From: Ascidiella aspersa
Taxonomy: Eukaryota
Direction: 5' to 3'
Length of the DNA stretch: 64,000 nt
Assembly (NCBI GenBank): GCA_963924565.1
Contig: OZ004607.1
Coordinates: forward strand, 29,140,001 to 29,204,000
Position numbers and translations under genes: made by a program
Notes under the pieces: generated by a model
Told to the model about the DNA's origin: nothing
Seen by the model: only the letters and a program-made list of their open reading frames with translations
Databases searched by the model: none
In this document: positions 10,905 to 25,900 of the stretch, in pieces
Position numbering within the stretch: the first letter of the stretch is position 1
Layout of the letters: each line of letters begins with the position of its first letter

Positions 10905-13900
10905 GTAAGTTGTGACTGTTCTTGCCTTTTATCATGCTTTACACGCGTCGTTAGTGTAGTGTTCCGGCTTCCAAACAGTCCACGTTCACATTATTTTGGT
11001 AAAAATGCACTCGACAACCGCATACTGATATATTAGTCTTTGGCCCAGACTTTTTTTAGGCAGATTTTTCCTGTCTATCTTGATTGTTTGACCATTGTTA
11101 TTTTTGGCAAGGTTACCCTACTACCGGCTAACATTTATTCTGAATCCATATTGTTTGAGCATGAGAACAGCTCTATAAGAGCCTTCAGGATTGTTTCCTG
11201 GTTGTTCAATTGCACCTAAATTTTTTACTGGCCATATAAACACGACTTATTTACTTATATTTACACGTGCTTACACGTTCGTGCGTGGCTTTATGCCATC
11301 GTTTTATCCCGAAGGCGTTTTGCCCAAGTACGCCTGAATGACGCTATACATGACTATTTGTCCACCAAATATAAACATCTACGATAAGTCATGGGAACAT
11401 TACGCGGCATATAGGATACAGCTTTGTCAATCTGATATTTAGCAAAATCTCGCTACGTAACATAATAATTTAAAAGGCTTTTGCATTACTGCACTTGTGT
11501 CACAGAAAAAACTATAAAAATATTTAGTTGCTCCATTGGGCACAGACAAATACCACTTCTATTGTACAGTAGGGTTAGTTATATGTGGATGAAAAAGTTG
11601 GAAGCGTATCCAATTTTTTACACAAAATACACCAAATTATTTGTCCAAACACTTCACAACATTTTTTTAATTTTTTTTTGTTAAATTATTAGGACTGTTG
11701 ATGTTAATACACTCTAACGTCTTATGTTAACTAAAGTTGGAAATAAATTCTAGTATTGTAAACAAATCGTTTTGAAATGACGTAACTCCACGTCAAGTCG
11801 TTTTCAAAAAATAGCAAGCCAGTCAAAATCCAAATCAACAATCCCAGTCCATCAACACATTGTAATAAGTAAAATTCAAGTCACATCATTTACATAAAAC
11901 AATGTTAAACTTAGAAAAATTAAAAAGCCCATCAAATAGCAAGTTTATAATAGTGTACAAATTAAAGAGATTTGTATTTCTATTTTTTGTTCCTGATCGT
12001 ACAACGAAATCTGTGGCCCTTTAATAAATTAGTGCAAAACGTTTCTCCTCTATCTCGAAAACTTGCTCTTTAAGTAAATTGAATAGTTTTTTTGACACAA
12101 CGTAATAACAATGAAACCCTTATATAATGTGGCGCAAAAAAGCTTTGTGTTTGAATTAAATACAGAAATAGTTGTTAACCTTGGCGGCCAGACTCAAACC
12201 TGCTATAGTCACACATACAATGTTTTTTTAAGGTGTTTTTTTTTTATTTCTCCAGCGGTTTCCCAAATTTTGGACTTGCAACTTTTTGGTATTTAAATGA
12301 AACACTTGCGGTCTCTTAAAACTACTTAGCGGTCACCCAAACCAAACCTTAAAAAAGCCCTGCACACATATATGAACCGCCCCCATTGTGATCTTCATAC
12401 TTTACTAAACCCAACAAACTTTGAAGCGCAGATATCCCGTTATAATTGTTTTTGCGTCAGTAACACGCGTCTTGGCGAACATGTGCCTGTGGATATGTTA
12501 GACCTCATCATACCTATCGTCTTTCACTAGCACTTTTTCTTCTTATTCGTTCATATTATTTATTTTCATTTCTGCTTTGACCTGATGAAACACGGTTGTG
12601 CAAAAGCTTGTCGAGAATTGAATACAGTTTGTCGTCAAATAGTACCAACTTATTGCCCTATTTATACTTTACAGCCAACGTCGCTGGAACCTGTGGAGGG
12701 GTCATAAGCGGCAAAGCCGGCGGCAGAATAGCCAGCCCCAACTTTCCGAACTCCAATTACCCACCCGAGATTAAGTGCGAATGGGAAATTATTGCTCCGA
12801 GCGATTCAGTTGTTGTGGTGAGTATACGTCGGTTCCTAACCCTTTTTAACCGTCCTTTTTTACAATCGTCCTAGCTTTGCCTTGCATCCTCCTCCTCAGA
12901 CTTAATAATACCAAAAGCAATTCGGTAGTTGTTGATCACACAACAACCAGAATAACATGTAAATACTAAAGTTGATCGTTTGCGTAAAAATGCGCGTAGT
13001 TGGTGGAGATCGGCTAAACTTTAATTTAAGAAACGGACAAATCGGTCACACAAATGTGTGAATTGCTCGTGTTGTAATCAATCTGATATTGACAAACATG
13101 TTGTGAGGCTAAGCTAAATAGAAACCACGTGAAAAGTGGCCAAAACTGTGTAAAAAGGTATACATTGCGTAATCTTGTCTTAAAAGGTGTAATGCACAAG
13201 GCAATGACCATATTGCAAGAACATCATAGATTTACACAAACTGGGTAGCCTGGGTAACCCGTGTATACTTTAGGCTAAAACACATGTCATACAATGTTAT
13301 GCGCAGATATAGTTTGAACTAAAAATGTCTATGAAAGACAATAAAATAAAAGCGTTTTTTTATTTTTGCAGTTTTTTAGTGTACTTTGTGGTCGGGATGT
13401 CGTGGTACCGAACCCGTGACAAACAAATCACAAATCGATCGTTAAAAGTATAGCAAATTGAGAAAAAGGGGACCAAACTCCGGGAAACTACTTATAATTA
13501 CCTCATATGCAGTTTAATGGCTTGTATTCCTACAGTGAAAAATACAGCTATTAAACTTACAAAAAGGTTTATTAAATGTACATGTGTAATTTTGGAACGC
13601 ATAAAAGAAGAATTAACACAATACACCAATCGCAGCATGAAATCAATACAAAAGGTAGATATCAGAGAACATCACGCTGGGTTGGCGCCATCTCCCCATT
13701 TTAGGGGTATCGTAAAGTACTAAACTCAGGTTTAAATTAGGTACTTTTCACTTCTTGATTAAAGTGATTACTATTCGTTTATTTAAATGCAATTTTTTGT
13801 CAATTTTAGTACTCAACACTTTCATTCTGTCAATTTAAAGAATAATACTAATACTTTATTGTGTGTGTCTTATTGTCACATTTCTTAATCTTTTAATTAG

Positions 13901-16900
13901 TTTTCATCGTCGTATATGCATCTTGAGCCGTGGGACAATGATCGGTGCTACGACGAGCTCCTGATTTATAAAACGGCCAACCTGTCAGACAAACCTGACT
14001 TATATTGCGGAAACGACACGATCTATACTCAGACCTCTGTTGGACCAAAGTTAATGTAAGTTGTAAAGTAAATGCATGAGAGCTGCACAATCTTTGGGCA
14101 TGTTTTGCGGACACCGATATTTGCATTCTGCATGTTTACCTGACTCTAATAGTTAATATAATACATTCAATGAAAATTACAATTTAATGTTTACAAATAT
14201 ATTGCAGTTATGTTAAGCTTCACCAAACACTTTTAATTTATAACATATGTTTACAAAAAATTGACTAAAATAGGACCGAACAGCGTGTTGTTTTAAATAT
14301 AAAAATAAGGGTATGCTTTGTTTTCCTTGATTTAGCGACCATCCAATGATCGTCTTGTGACTTGACAACGCCTTTTGCTGTGTCACATTTTTCAGCGAGA
14401 AAAAGTGTAAAAAAAAAAAGATATCAGCAATATAAAAAAGTCTGACGGCAATCTACAGGTTAAAGTGTATAAACTTTATTTTTATCTTCAGTGTGAGATT
14501 CACAAGCGACTACTCCAACCAGACGTCAGGCTTTGTGTTGAACTGGTACGTGTTGGACCCCAGTCGAATGGCACCTGTGATCAACTGCGACTTTGAAGGC
14601 CCCCTCGGATTATGTCCTGGTGAGTTGAACAACTGTCAAATTGTTATTGTTCGTTAGTTAAAAGAATTAAAACGTAGAGATTCCTGCATATTTAGTTTGT
14701 TTGTTTCGGATATTGTGTCCTGGTGAATTGAACAATTCTCAACTGTTATTAGTCGTTAGTTAAAAGAATTTTAAAATCGTCATTTTTGGCGATTAGATGC
14801 GTCCGATATCTGATGTTTTAAAGACAACGCGATCCAAAACGATCCGACGCTAAATGACGTCATCACTATGTAAAACAAGCGAAATCGGCCAAATTGAAGT
14901 GCAATGGTAATGTTTTTAGGGCATTGCGACGATATATAGGTTTGATTTACGAACCCGATTTATTTTAGGTTTTATTGTAATAGTTTCTAAGAAATTTAGT
15001 AAAACTACAGCATGGCTTTAGTACACAAATAAAATTGATGGAAGGATTATAAAGCCAAATCTTAAAGATTTCTGGTTGAGAACCATTTTCATTACCTTAA
15101 CGTAATACTTACACTTCCTGTATAATTGGAATTCTTGTTTTTATCGCGAATGATCATATTAAACAAAATTGCGTAATTCGATTTACAAATTACAAAGGAC
15201 ACATCGCTTGTTACGTACAGGGCAACTTTTAAATCGAATAGTTGGAAACACGACACTGCCTAATTTTTCCATGTATATATAGTTGGATCACCTGATCATT
15301 TGTTCTCCTCGTGAGTCACTATTGAAATTAAATCTCGTTTTTGACGATATATATGAACTTTTGGTGATATCACATAAATCAAACGTATACCTGACAGATC
15401 ATCAGTCTTCGAATAGCGGCTTACTTTCGGTATTACTATATAATCGACTTTGGCACCTTAAAAAAGTACATCTTTTTTTTGCAAAGCAACTCAAGTGTAT
15501 ATGCCAGTGTTGTACGGAATCACGTTAATAACTTGACGTAATTCGTTTGGGTAAAATTACTTGACTCGACTTAATTCTTGTGCACAAAGACTTTTCTTGG
15601 ACTTAAGGCATTGATTTAAGTGACCTGGGTCGATATTAAGTTTTTCATTTAATATTTTGATATAAAATTGATACATTTAGCTCAAGGTTTCCGCGTAAAA
15701 CGATCAGATCTACATGATTTATTTGTTACTTTTAGTTGATGTAGTGCTCATAATTGGTTGAGTTCACCAATTTTGATAGTTTATCATTTTACTCGCGTAT
15801 TATAGTTATTACGTTTGACTTTGAGATGCCTTGCTTTAATAATGATTTGACTTAGACTTGACGTGGGCAACTGTTGACTTGGAATTAGACAAATACTTAT
15901 TATTTTTTAAAAGGCTTGACTTGGACTATAGTCATTTAACAACTTTGGGGATTTAAGCCATTTCAAGATAACTTGTTTCCAACACTAATACATGTTAAGC
16001 AAAATTGGGCGCCTATACTGAGCTCGAACCGCCTATCGCTGATAAAGTTGCGCCCGTGGTTGTAAACCTACTTTTATTCGCAGGTTGGACACAGAGCGCC
16101 GACGACCAGTTTGATTGGACGATCACCCGAGGACCCACGCCGTCAAAAAACACGGGACCTTCAGCGGATCACACAACTGGCACGCAAGGTTGGCACCGGC
16201 CGATATTTAAATTTATCGGTTACACGCGTGTTTTATAGTATGTTTGCCTGCTAGGTTTCTCATTTTGCCTTTTCAATCAACCACTAACTTTTACGTCGGT
16301 CGGATATAGGCATTTGTTTAAAATATGCGATTTGGAAAGACTAAATGAAAACCAGAGGCGGATCCAACGTGCCAATGACCAATTTTTTTGTCTATTTCAA
16401 CTACTTAAAGGCTTTTTTTCTCGCTCTGCGTGAATATAAATTATGTTTTATTTGATAAAATCGCTCATTTTGACGAAATCGTTTTAGCCCAAGGCGTCCT
16501 GCGTCCCAAGGCACCCACATAAATAAACGTTTGGGCAACTTGAACAAAATTAAAGCGTTTTTGTGCTTTGCGTAAACTAATAACATCTTTGTTATGTAGC
16601 TTTTGTGTTGAAAATAACACCCCCAACCAAATATTTCGACATAATAAATAAACTGTGTGGTGTTGAGGTTACTTTTTATGACGTCTTTTGACGTAGCTTT
16701 GTGACGTCACGTTATAACGTTGCATAGTTACGTCATCTTTTAAAAAAGTTTCATGCCCTCCAAAAAAATCAAAACCTTTTTATAGGATTCGATATACTTG
16801 TTCACCGCTATCCTATATTTGTACAAACGCACATTTGTCCAAAATTATTTCTTTTGCCCTCAAGCTAATTATCTAAAACGCAACAGGATTTTTCTGTATT

Positions 16901-19900
16901 TCGATTTGCAAGCAATTTTTACCGTTCGTTGTTTACAGCGGGAAGGTATGCTTTCATTGAAGCATCGTCAAAGAACGCCGGAGTGACTGCTGTACTACAG
17001 ACACCGCAGGTTACGCTCAACGGTATGCACAACTTTAACGAATGTTTAAACTATTTCTCTCTGCCTTGTTTAAACAAACTAGCAATTAATGACAAAAAAG
17101 TAATACGGTAACCTTTTATGCTTCTGAAATATTTTTCACGCTTTTGTTGTGACAAGTGCTCTAAAAAAAAGTTAACTTCTAAAATTAATTGGATAAGAAT
17201 TTTTCAGATCCATGTTTAGAATGACACGTTTACGTGAATAACACATTAGCATACAATAAAAATGTAAACAATTGCAAGTTGGGATAATAATTTTTTGTTA
17301 TGATTGGTGAAATATACTTTGTCATTCAGGGTTACAAATACCACCGTAATGTTGTCAAATTTATTCTTTTTGGCAATTAATCACAGACTATAAGAGCCAC
17401 AGCTATAGAGAAAACCGGGAGACTCACTAAATATAGAAGGCCTGAAAAAGTTAACGAAATCTTTTGCCAATCTAGAAAAACTTTTTTCTCAGCCGGAACC
17501 GATTACTGCCTCGACATGTGGTACCACAAGTATGGCACAGGGAACGGAAACATAAGCGTGGTGCTCCTATTTCCCGCCGGCAACGGTAGGACACTGCAGT
17601 CACTGACCAAAGAAACGGACAACAAATGGGAGAACGTCTTCGTGCCTCTCCCGCCAAGCGACGTACCCGTTCGCGTAAGTGCGACATGTTTGGGAAGTAC
17701 TTGCCTCGGCTCAACATGTTTTGGCTGGATAATTGTCGGGTGACTTGGTTTGATTCACTGCATACCTGTACTTAGGGCAGCGTTGCTTGGTCAATTAAAC
17801 TGCAACGTGGATTCGTCTTATAATGGACCTACAATTTGTTATCAATAAAAATATGGAAATTTCGCCAGAAAAATAAGTTTTTTACGTTTTGTAAATTGAT
17901 TACCTCTTTGTTATTGTTATACGCGTATTCCACTATAGTAACAACGAAAAAGACACACAATAAAGGAAAATGTAGTTGGAAAATTCACACTATTTCTATT
18001 TAATGTATCCCTTAGCTTAAAGGCTTAAACGTTACAATAAAAAACATAGATAAGTAAAAAGCTTCGACGTGGTGCAGTCGCGGAAAAAACATTTGAATTA
18101 AATCAGACAGTATCCTGGAAAGAAAAAAACAAATATAATTCTGCTACAAATATAAGCAACAATAAACACCAAACACAAAATATTGAGGACATTTGAGCAT
18201 TTTGCAGTATCCTATAAGGTGACCATTTAATTTTGGAGAAATACGACAAATTCTCCTAAAAGGGGATTTAATGCAATCCTATATGCTATATAGCTTACAG
18301 AAATTCGAAATATTGCCAAGTGTTATGCAAAACAACGGCAAAATTTAATGTTCCAATATTATTCACGACAATACATTTTGGTTAATCCTATTCAGGAACG
18401 ACCTATTCCCAACGAATGTATTTTAGTTATCTATGTTGTTATTTTAAATGGATTAGATTGGATTCGAGGGCATTGTGGGAAGGAACTACAGATCGGACGT
18501 CGCCATCGATGATATTAAGCTGATACCCGAAGCGTGTAAAAAGGAAGAAGGTAAGTTGAACTAAACTTTTAACTTCTTAGTAGATTTAAAGAAGAAATAG
18601 TCTCCCTTTAGATTACAACACACTAAAATACAACCTTGTCACTTATAGATGTTGATAAACTTTGTTTATCAACAACCGAAAATACATTTCATTAAGGGCG
18701 AATATTCATTAAGGAACTTGGATGCATTTCTAATATTTATCAATGCGATTAATCAATGAAAGTCAAAACTGTAGAAAACTTTTGCATAAATCGAACAGCA
18801 GTTCACCTTTTGTAAGTTCAAGTCAAAGTGTGAAATTGGTAGTTGATAAACAATGTTCTAAAAGTCTAAATTACTTAAACATACCTGAACGAAATTTTAC
18901 ACCAACGCCGTGTGTGTAAACCACAGGTTTCGATTTACATTTGTTTACATTTGCCTGTCGTTAGAGAATTTCTAGTTAACCTGGACAATAGAACACCTCT
19001 GCAAACAAGGTTTAGCAGAGGGGTTCTTAAACTTTTTTTACCACGGACCTCTAAATTTTTGGGGGGCTTTGGGTGGACCATGGTTGGCAAATTTTTTCAA
19101 AAATTGACGTCATAAATTTTCACCACAATACGAATAGACTTTCAGAAATATGCTGATAATTTAGCTAAAAGTCTAAATACATTGAGTGCTAAAACGTTTT
19201 ATTTTTAATTAAACTCTTTCCTTAAGTACTTTCTTAAAAATACACTAATATTTTAATTTGGCCTTCATGAACCTCCTAAAATTAGTTCACGGACCCCAAT
19301 GTGTCTATGGACCCCAGTTTAAGAACCCCTGGTTCAGCAGAATGGTTTGGGTGTGTACCACTAATTACAAGGTGTATAGAGGGCAGAGGCGTAGGCTACT
19401 TGTATTTTGGTAGAAACTTATATTTGTTTAAGCTGTGGAATAAACTACTGCAAGACGATGCTTACAGATATAATATAATAGTATTTTTTGTTAGTAGAAA
19501 TCAGGGGTCAAAGTAAAAACGTTTTATGACCAGATAGATAAACATTTTTTTATCAAAACGCATAGAAGCTTCACAAAGTTACGTCATAATAGAATGTCTA
19601 AAGCAACCTTGGCAAACCTAAACGGTTTGTCCAAGGTCGATCACAAATTTGCAACTGAAATTGTAGTTCAAACAACATGTTTAAGAAGTTGGTGGAATTA
19701 GCCTAGTCCAAAAGATGGATAACGTTAAAAAAAACTTTTTTATCGGTAAGGCCGACCTGCAATTTATTTGCCGGAAAGCCTACTTTTATACTTGTGGTTA
19801 AAATGATTTCAACTTAGGTCTTATGTTGTCCGTTTATTTTCATTGTTTAACAAAGGAACTTATCGAATTTACTTTTGCAACAGTTATCAACTGCACCAAT

Positions 19901-22900
19901 GAAGAATTTAAATGCGCGACGGGCGATACGTGCGTACTTGAAATCTATAGATGTGACTCCACTCCTGACTGCCCCGACAATTCGGACGAAGAAAACTGCG
20001 ACGAGTTTGTTTTCGAAAGTAGGTTTTTGCCGTTCTTTTACTAATTTGTTCTTCCAGGAGCAGTAACGTTCACTAAACCATAATGGATAAGGCTTGCTAC
20101 TAAGGCGTTAATACAGTGTTGTAAACAAGTCATTTTAAAATGAAGTCCCAGTCCAAGTCATCTGTTGCGCAAGTCAAGTCACAATTAATTCGTACTTAGA
20201 GCATGTCAACGTTAAGTTAAGTCCCTGTCACAAAAATAAAACGTTAAACTGGAAAAACTGGTAGACGCGTCCGTATATATATATAAATATAAAATATATA
20301 TAAAATATAAAATATATATATATATATATACCAATCATTTTACTAGGCCCGCGGATCAATTGGTATTTAAACTTTTATAGGGAAAAAAAGCTTTGACATT
20401 TTTTTCTTATAATTTCCTAATTTTTTTAACTAATTTCACTTGTAAGGCGTTCTTGCCGATTAATAGTACCAGCTTTGCCAAAAAACCTCTTTTTTCGTTA
20501 TATATGTAGGCTATTTCAGATGCCCTTTTTGACTCGGCCCTCCATATAAATTTTGTTTCTTATGTGACCACCTGTCTTAAATAATTACCCATCCCTGAGA
20601 TAACCTTACGCCAACACTAATAATCCCATACATATTTTAACGCAACAATTTTTTTGAATGCCTCGCAACCTTTAATTTTACAAAAATTTTACGCACACAT
20701 ATAGGTAAACATCACTGGGTTTCGTGTCTAACAAAACATAATTTAAAAAGCTAAAGGTTATAACATAAGGATACACATAGAGCTTCAGGTTAACAGGGTA
20801 GGTTGCCGTTGTTCGAGGGCCGAACTGAAGCGTAGAAATTCCGAAGACAAGATTGTTAATATGCCCTATTGTTGATGAACAGACGAAACGACAACAGCGG
20901 CCAACCTCGCTGAGCCTGTCACTACGCCGCAAACCGATGCCACCGGCGCCTCAGATCCGAAGGTCTGCGGTTCGAACCAGGTGTACGTCGTATGTGCCAA
21001 GTCGTGCGTCCATACCTGCTACGATGGGGAAATCGCACCCCCTTGCCCGGCCCTGCAATGCGTTGCCAGATGTGCCTGTCCTCCGGAACTACCAATACTT
21101 TACCAGGGAAAGTAAGTGTTTATATTTTCCTGACAATAATTGTTAATCATAAACTTAATATAGAGTTGACATATGTTCAAAATTTTCCATTAAAAAAATA
21201 TTTTTTTGTGTCTTAGTTAAATGAGAATAATTCTACAGACAAAGTATGCGTAATGGGCGCTCCAGGAAACGTTTATTGTGATTGTGGGTATATAATGCCA
21301 TAGTTTTGCTTGTTTAGATAGTCAACGCCTAAATTTTCGGTAGAATGTAAAATCCTATGCGTTACGTTGCAAACATTTTTACGTATACCATTGCGTTGTT
21401 GGTAGCAGTACCAATCTGAATTCTAGATCACCTAAAACAGCGGCAAAGTTAAGTATTGCAACAAAGCTGTTAATAGAGCTGTACCGGTCATAATTCCAGC
21501 ACTTCGAAATAGGATAATAAAAGCACAATTTTCTAACAGCAATAAAAAAACAACTTATAACGGAATGTCGAATGTCAACCACGATTTAGGTTCAGCGATT
21601 TTTTCAAGAATCATTTGCCCGCACCGCGCTTCCACGCTCAAGCTTGCTCGGTTTTCAACTAAAACATCAAATGTTTAAAAAAAACATTACAGCTCTTTGT
21701 GAAAGAGTTATCACGCTTAACCAAACAACGTTTGTCAGGTGTATCGAGTTCAAAGATTGCCCCGCGAAGCCTGAAGAGGTTCAACTGACGCTAAAGAGGA
21801 CCGGACCCTCAAAAGTGCAGGTCACATTCAAAGAGGTGCCCAACGCGGCATCATACAGGGCCATGATTTACGAGACCGCAAACCCGAGCAGATCTGGTCT
21901 TTCCAACGTCAACGCCTCGTCAAACCGCAACGCGATTGTTACAGTGTCGTTTGCCGAGCTTTTTTCAGGTGAGCTATTCCTCCTAAAAGAAAAAAAGCTT
22001 AAGTTAGGCCTACTAGAAGAAACAGTGGTAGAACACAGTGTTTTATTTAAATACGACGACAAACAAAAATCAAATAAATACTACTCTTCTGCTTTGTGTT
22101 TAACGTCTCATATTTAAAAAGTCGATCGGCGGAGAGATAAGTAATTTGTTTATTTCGGTCCCATTTCCAAAGCCTAAACATGAGTCGCGATATCCCACTT
22201 TCAATCTACGGAATAAATCATCGCGAAACCAGGAAGCAAAATACTTACATGTATTATGGTGGCTGATCCGTTGTATGTTCAGGAATAGATGAAACCTGCT
22301 GTTTGACTAATTTTATTAACTTGGTGGTAACTCGAAGTTTAAAGTTGTTTACAACGTTTTCTAAAACTCCGATGGTGATTTTACTTTTCCTGTTTCACAG
22401 AGACTGAGTACTCGGCTCAGGTGTTCAGCATAAACGAAGGTTGGGAAGTTGCTTCCAAGATCATCTCACTCAAAACAAACGCCACCACTACGGCGATGCC
22501 CAGCACCACAACCCAAAGCGGAACTGGTTAGATGGTTTATAATGTTAAAGCGTAAGGGCGAATCTTAGGATAGGCACCAGGCCCTGTTGCCATACTATTT
22601 TTTTACTTAACAGTGCTCATTTGCAAATTATTCTACCTGTGTGGTTTTCTAGTATGTTTTCAGTATTATGCTAACCCTACTATATTCGAAAGTAATCTTT
22701 TGACATTTTAAACTTAATTAACGGATATTTTCTCACTTTAAGCGATACGACGTAACTTCAATCACAGAGTTACACACTATTTCGATATTCTGAAACAACA
22801 GTTTTGCTAAGGTTGTTGGTTTAATAGATAACTTTTCAGCTACAAGCAAAATTAGTTAAAATTCCAATAAAATTGAGATTAAACACACAAATACAGCATT

Positions 22901-25900
22901 ACATACAGTCGCAATTCCTTAATTTCAGTATTTTCCACCACCGAAATGCCAGCTCAGTCACCCCTGAAAGTGACTCAGATCGAAATCATGAAAGCCGGTC
23001 CCACCAGCGCCAATGTATCCTTCATCGGGGTGGCCAACGCCGATTCGTACCGGATCAAGATCTTCGAGACGGCGAGGCCGAGCAATCAGGGCGAGCAAAC
23101 CTTGGCCGGGGCGGGTACGGACAAGGCCAACATCACGATGGTATTTAGCGGACTATCACCCGGTAAGAAATCGGTCGGTCTGGAACCAAATCAAGAGTGT
23201 ATTGTTTGCTGCGAATGTTTCTACCGAAAGCGGGAGTGCTAATATGATGCTGAAACGTTAACTGATAAAACGGATGTCTATTAAAATTTAGGATGTCTAT
23301 TAAAATAAAAAAAAATTTATTAAAATAAAAATCTCCTTATTTTGCGAATAACGCCAAAAGTTTTTACCTAACGGATTGTCAAAATAAATTCTTGTGGTTT
23401 ATATTCTGTTTGATGATGTTTTGCTAAGTTGACTTACAGTAAACTCTTGGATCATATTTAAACCCAAATTTATTACCCAACTTTTAACCGCGTACTGTAC
23501 CTGTCTCTTGACTTAATAATCTTCATTTTGTCTACTGTTTAGAAACATCTTACTCGGTGCAGATTTTTACAATCGGAAACAACACAGAAGTGGCATCTCG
23601 TGTAGTTACTATTGCTACTTCTGTGTCGACGACCGCCGCAACTTCTAGTAGGAACCTTTTTGTCTTAATTGCACTTAACACATTTCTTTTTAACTGACAT
23701 GTGGCATTATAAAAGTGACGTTCTCGCTTATAGAAACAGCCGGAAAATAACATTAAAAATGATCAGCTGGTAACCTGAAAATAACATTAAAATAACTAGC
23801 TGGAGACCAGCTGGTGACTGCTTATTTTTAACGATGAAATTGTAAACATTTACCATTTCTTATTTTCAACTATATCACACGTCAATTCCAGCAAGTGAAA
23901 TATATATTTTAGACTCTATCTTTTTTTTATTGTGAATATGGGCGGAATCAGGGGGATGGCACTACTATACTTTAAGCCAACTATGACAAGTTAAAGCAAG
24001 AAATGGAAACCTTTCGAATCGTTTTGATTTGTTAATATATTTAAATCCGTTTGGGAAAATAGTTTGAAGTCTGCTTTAAAATATATTTCTACCAAATAAA
24101 CGCACATTTGTTTCGCGATGCGCGTATCTTTATTGTGTTAGTTATGATAATGTTTATGTCCCCTCCTCGAACAAAAATTCTGGCTTCACCCCTAACTGGC
24201 TTTAAAACTTCTAACCTACCACATTGCCTTGAGTATAGGGCCTACTGTTCGTTACCTTCACGTTAAAGCACTGCCAGTCTCACCGCGTAAAACCGTTCAC
24301 TAACAAACTTTCCAGGTACAACGACTTCGGCGTCGTCCACCACAGAATCACCTTCATCGACGCCAACACCGACAGCACTCACGATCGCCACAACCCGAGC
24401 AACCAGCACTGCTGCGGTCCTGTGCGAAAGCAACCTGGTGTACAATATGTGCGCCAGTCCCTGTAACCACACCTGTGCTGACGGAGAAAGTCCCCCGGCA
24501 TGTGATCGACGATGCGTGTCGCGATGCGCCTGTCCACCCGAAACTCCAATACTGCTCAAAGGAAGGTGGGCGATCGTTTAGGGTGGATATTATCCCATAA
24601 AAAACTCAATGGCTTTCAATAACCTCTTTTTTAAATTATAAAGTAATGGAATGCAATTATTTTATTGAAAAATCAACAAGAAAGTATAAAACTTTAAACC
24701 AGCGGTTCTTCAACTTTTTTTACCGCGGAACCCTAATTTTTTTTTCTTTGCATGCCAAATGTAAGCAAGAAATTTTTAGAGATGACGTCATAAATTTACG
24801 TCATAATACCAACATACTTTACAAATTTGCTGTTTTCTGTCCTAAAAATGTGAAATAAAATGAAGTCTAAATATATTAAGTGCAAAAAGTGTTTATTTTT
24901 AATATATTCTACTTTTTTCGTTGAAAAATTGATTGGTTAAATATACGCTAATAGTTTAATTAAGCCTTTCATGGACCCCTAAAACTATTTAACGTATCCC
25001 CAAGGGGTTCATGGACCCCAGTTAAGGAACCCCTGCTTTAAACAGTCGAAAGCCTTAATGATATAATCTCCTATCATTGTTAAATTATCCTCATAAAATA
25101 CCAAACGCTCCGTATAAGGGCATTACTGGCAAGTTAAGAACCACTTGTATAATACATGGAAACAGAAGATGTTGGATAGTAAACGATGCCAGCGATGTCA
25201 TGGGCTTGGGATTTTTGTTTTATAGTAGTTTAATTTTTTTAGATAATTAATTGTTATGCCTTTACGATTAAAACACATGCTGTTTTTATGCTAAAATCAA
25301 ACAAATACAGACCACAATTTTTTCAGGATTTGAGGTCGAAACTTTCGTGTGGAAAAGTAATGTTACTTTCATTTTTTGACGTGATTGTTTAAGATCCTTC
25401 TAAAGAGATCACAGTTTTGGATATTGATCTCTTGTTAGGCGTCTGGGTTTTGTTTTTATACCTCTTTACTTTTGCGGCCAGTGTGAAAGGGTAACCCAGG
25501 CAATTGTTTCAGAACCAGCGATGCTACGGGTTATACTCGAGGCCTGTCGTCGCCTTTTATTGTTCAATTTTGATGCAGAAGTCCCACTTAAAATACTTAA
25601 GGAAAACATATAAAAGACAAAATTGAGCAGAGTCGGTAAAATGCCACTTAAAATTTGACCCTCTTTTTGATCCATTCCAGGTGCGTGACGTTCCAAGACT
25701 GTCCTGCGCCAACCTTGGGCAAGGTGGAAAACATCCATGTGGGCCAGGCGACTCCAACCAGTGCCACCGTTTCATTCAAGGAGATCCCAATGGCAAAATC
25801 GTACAAGATAAAGATCTTTGAAACATACAACCCGCCGAGCTTTGGTGAGAAACAGGTCGACGCCTCCTCTTCGCGAAATGCCAACGTGTCGATAAACTTC

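Noticed and set aside
13960-13990. Apparent frameshift in CUB exon 3
   Set aside because: On recount the A-run gives TAT AAA ACG GCC AAC CTG; the frame is intact through YCGN.
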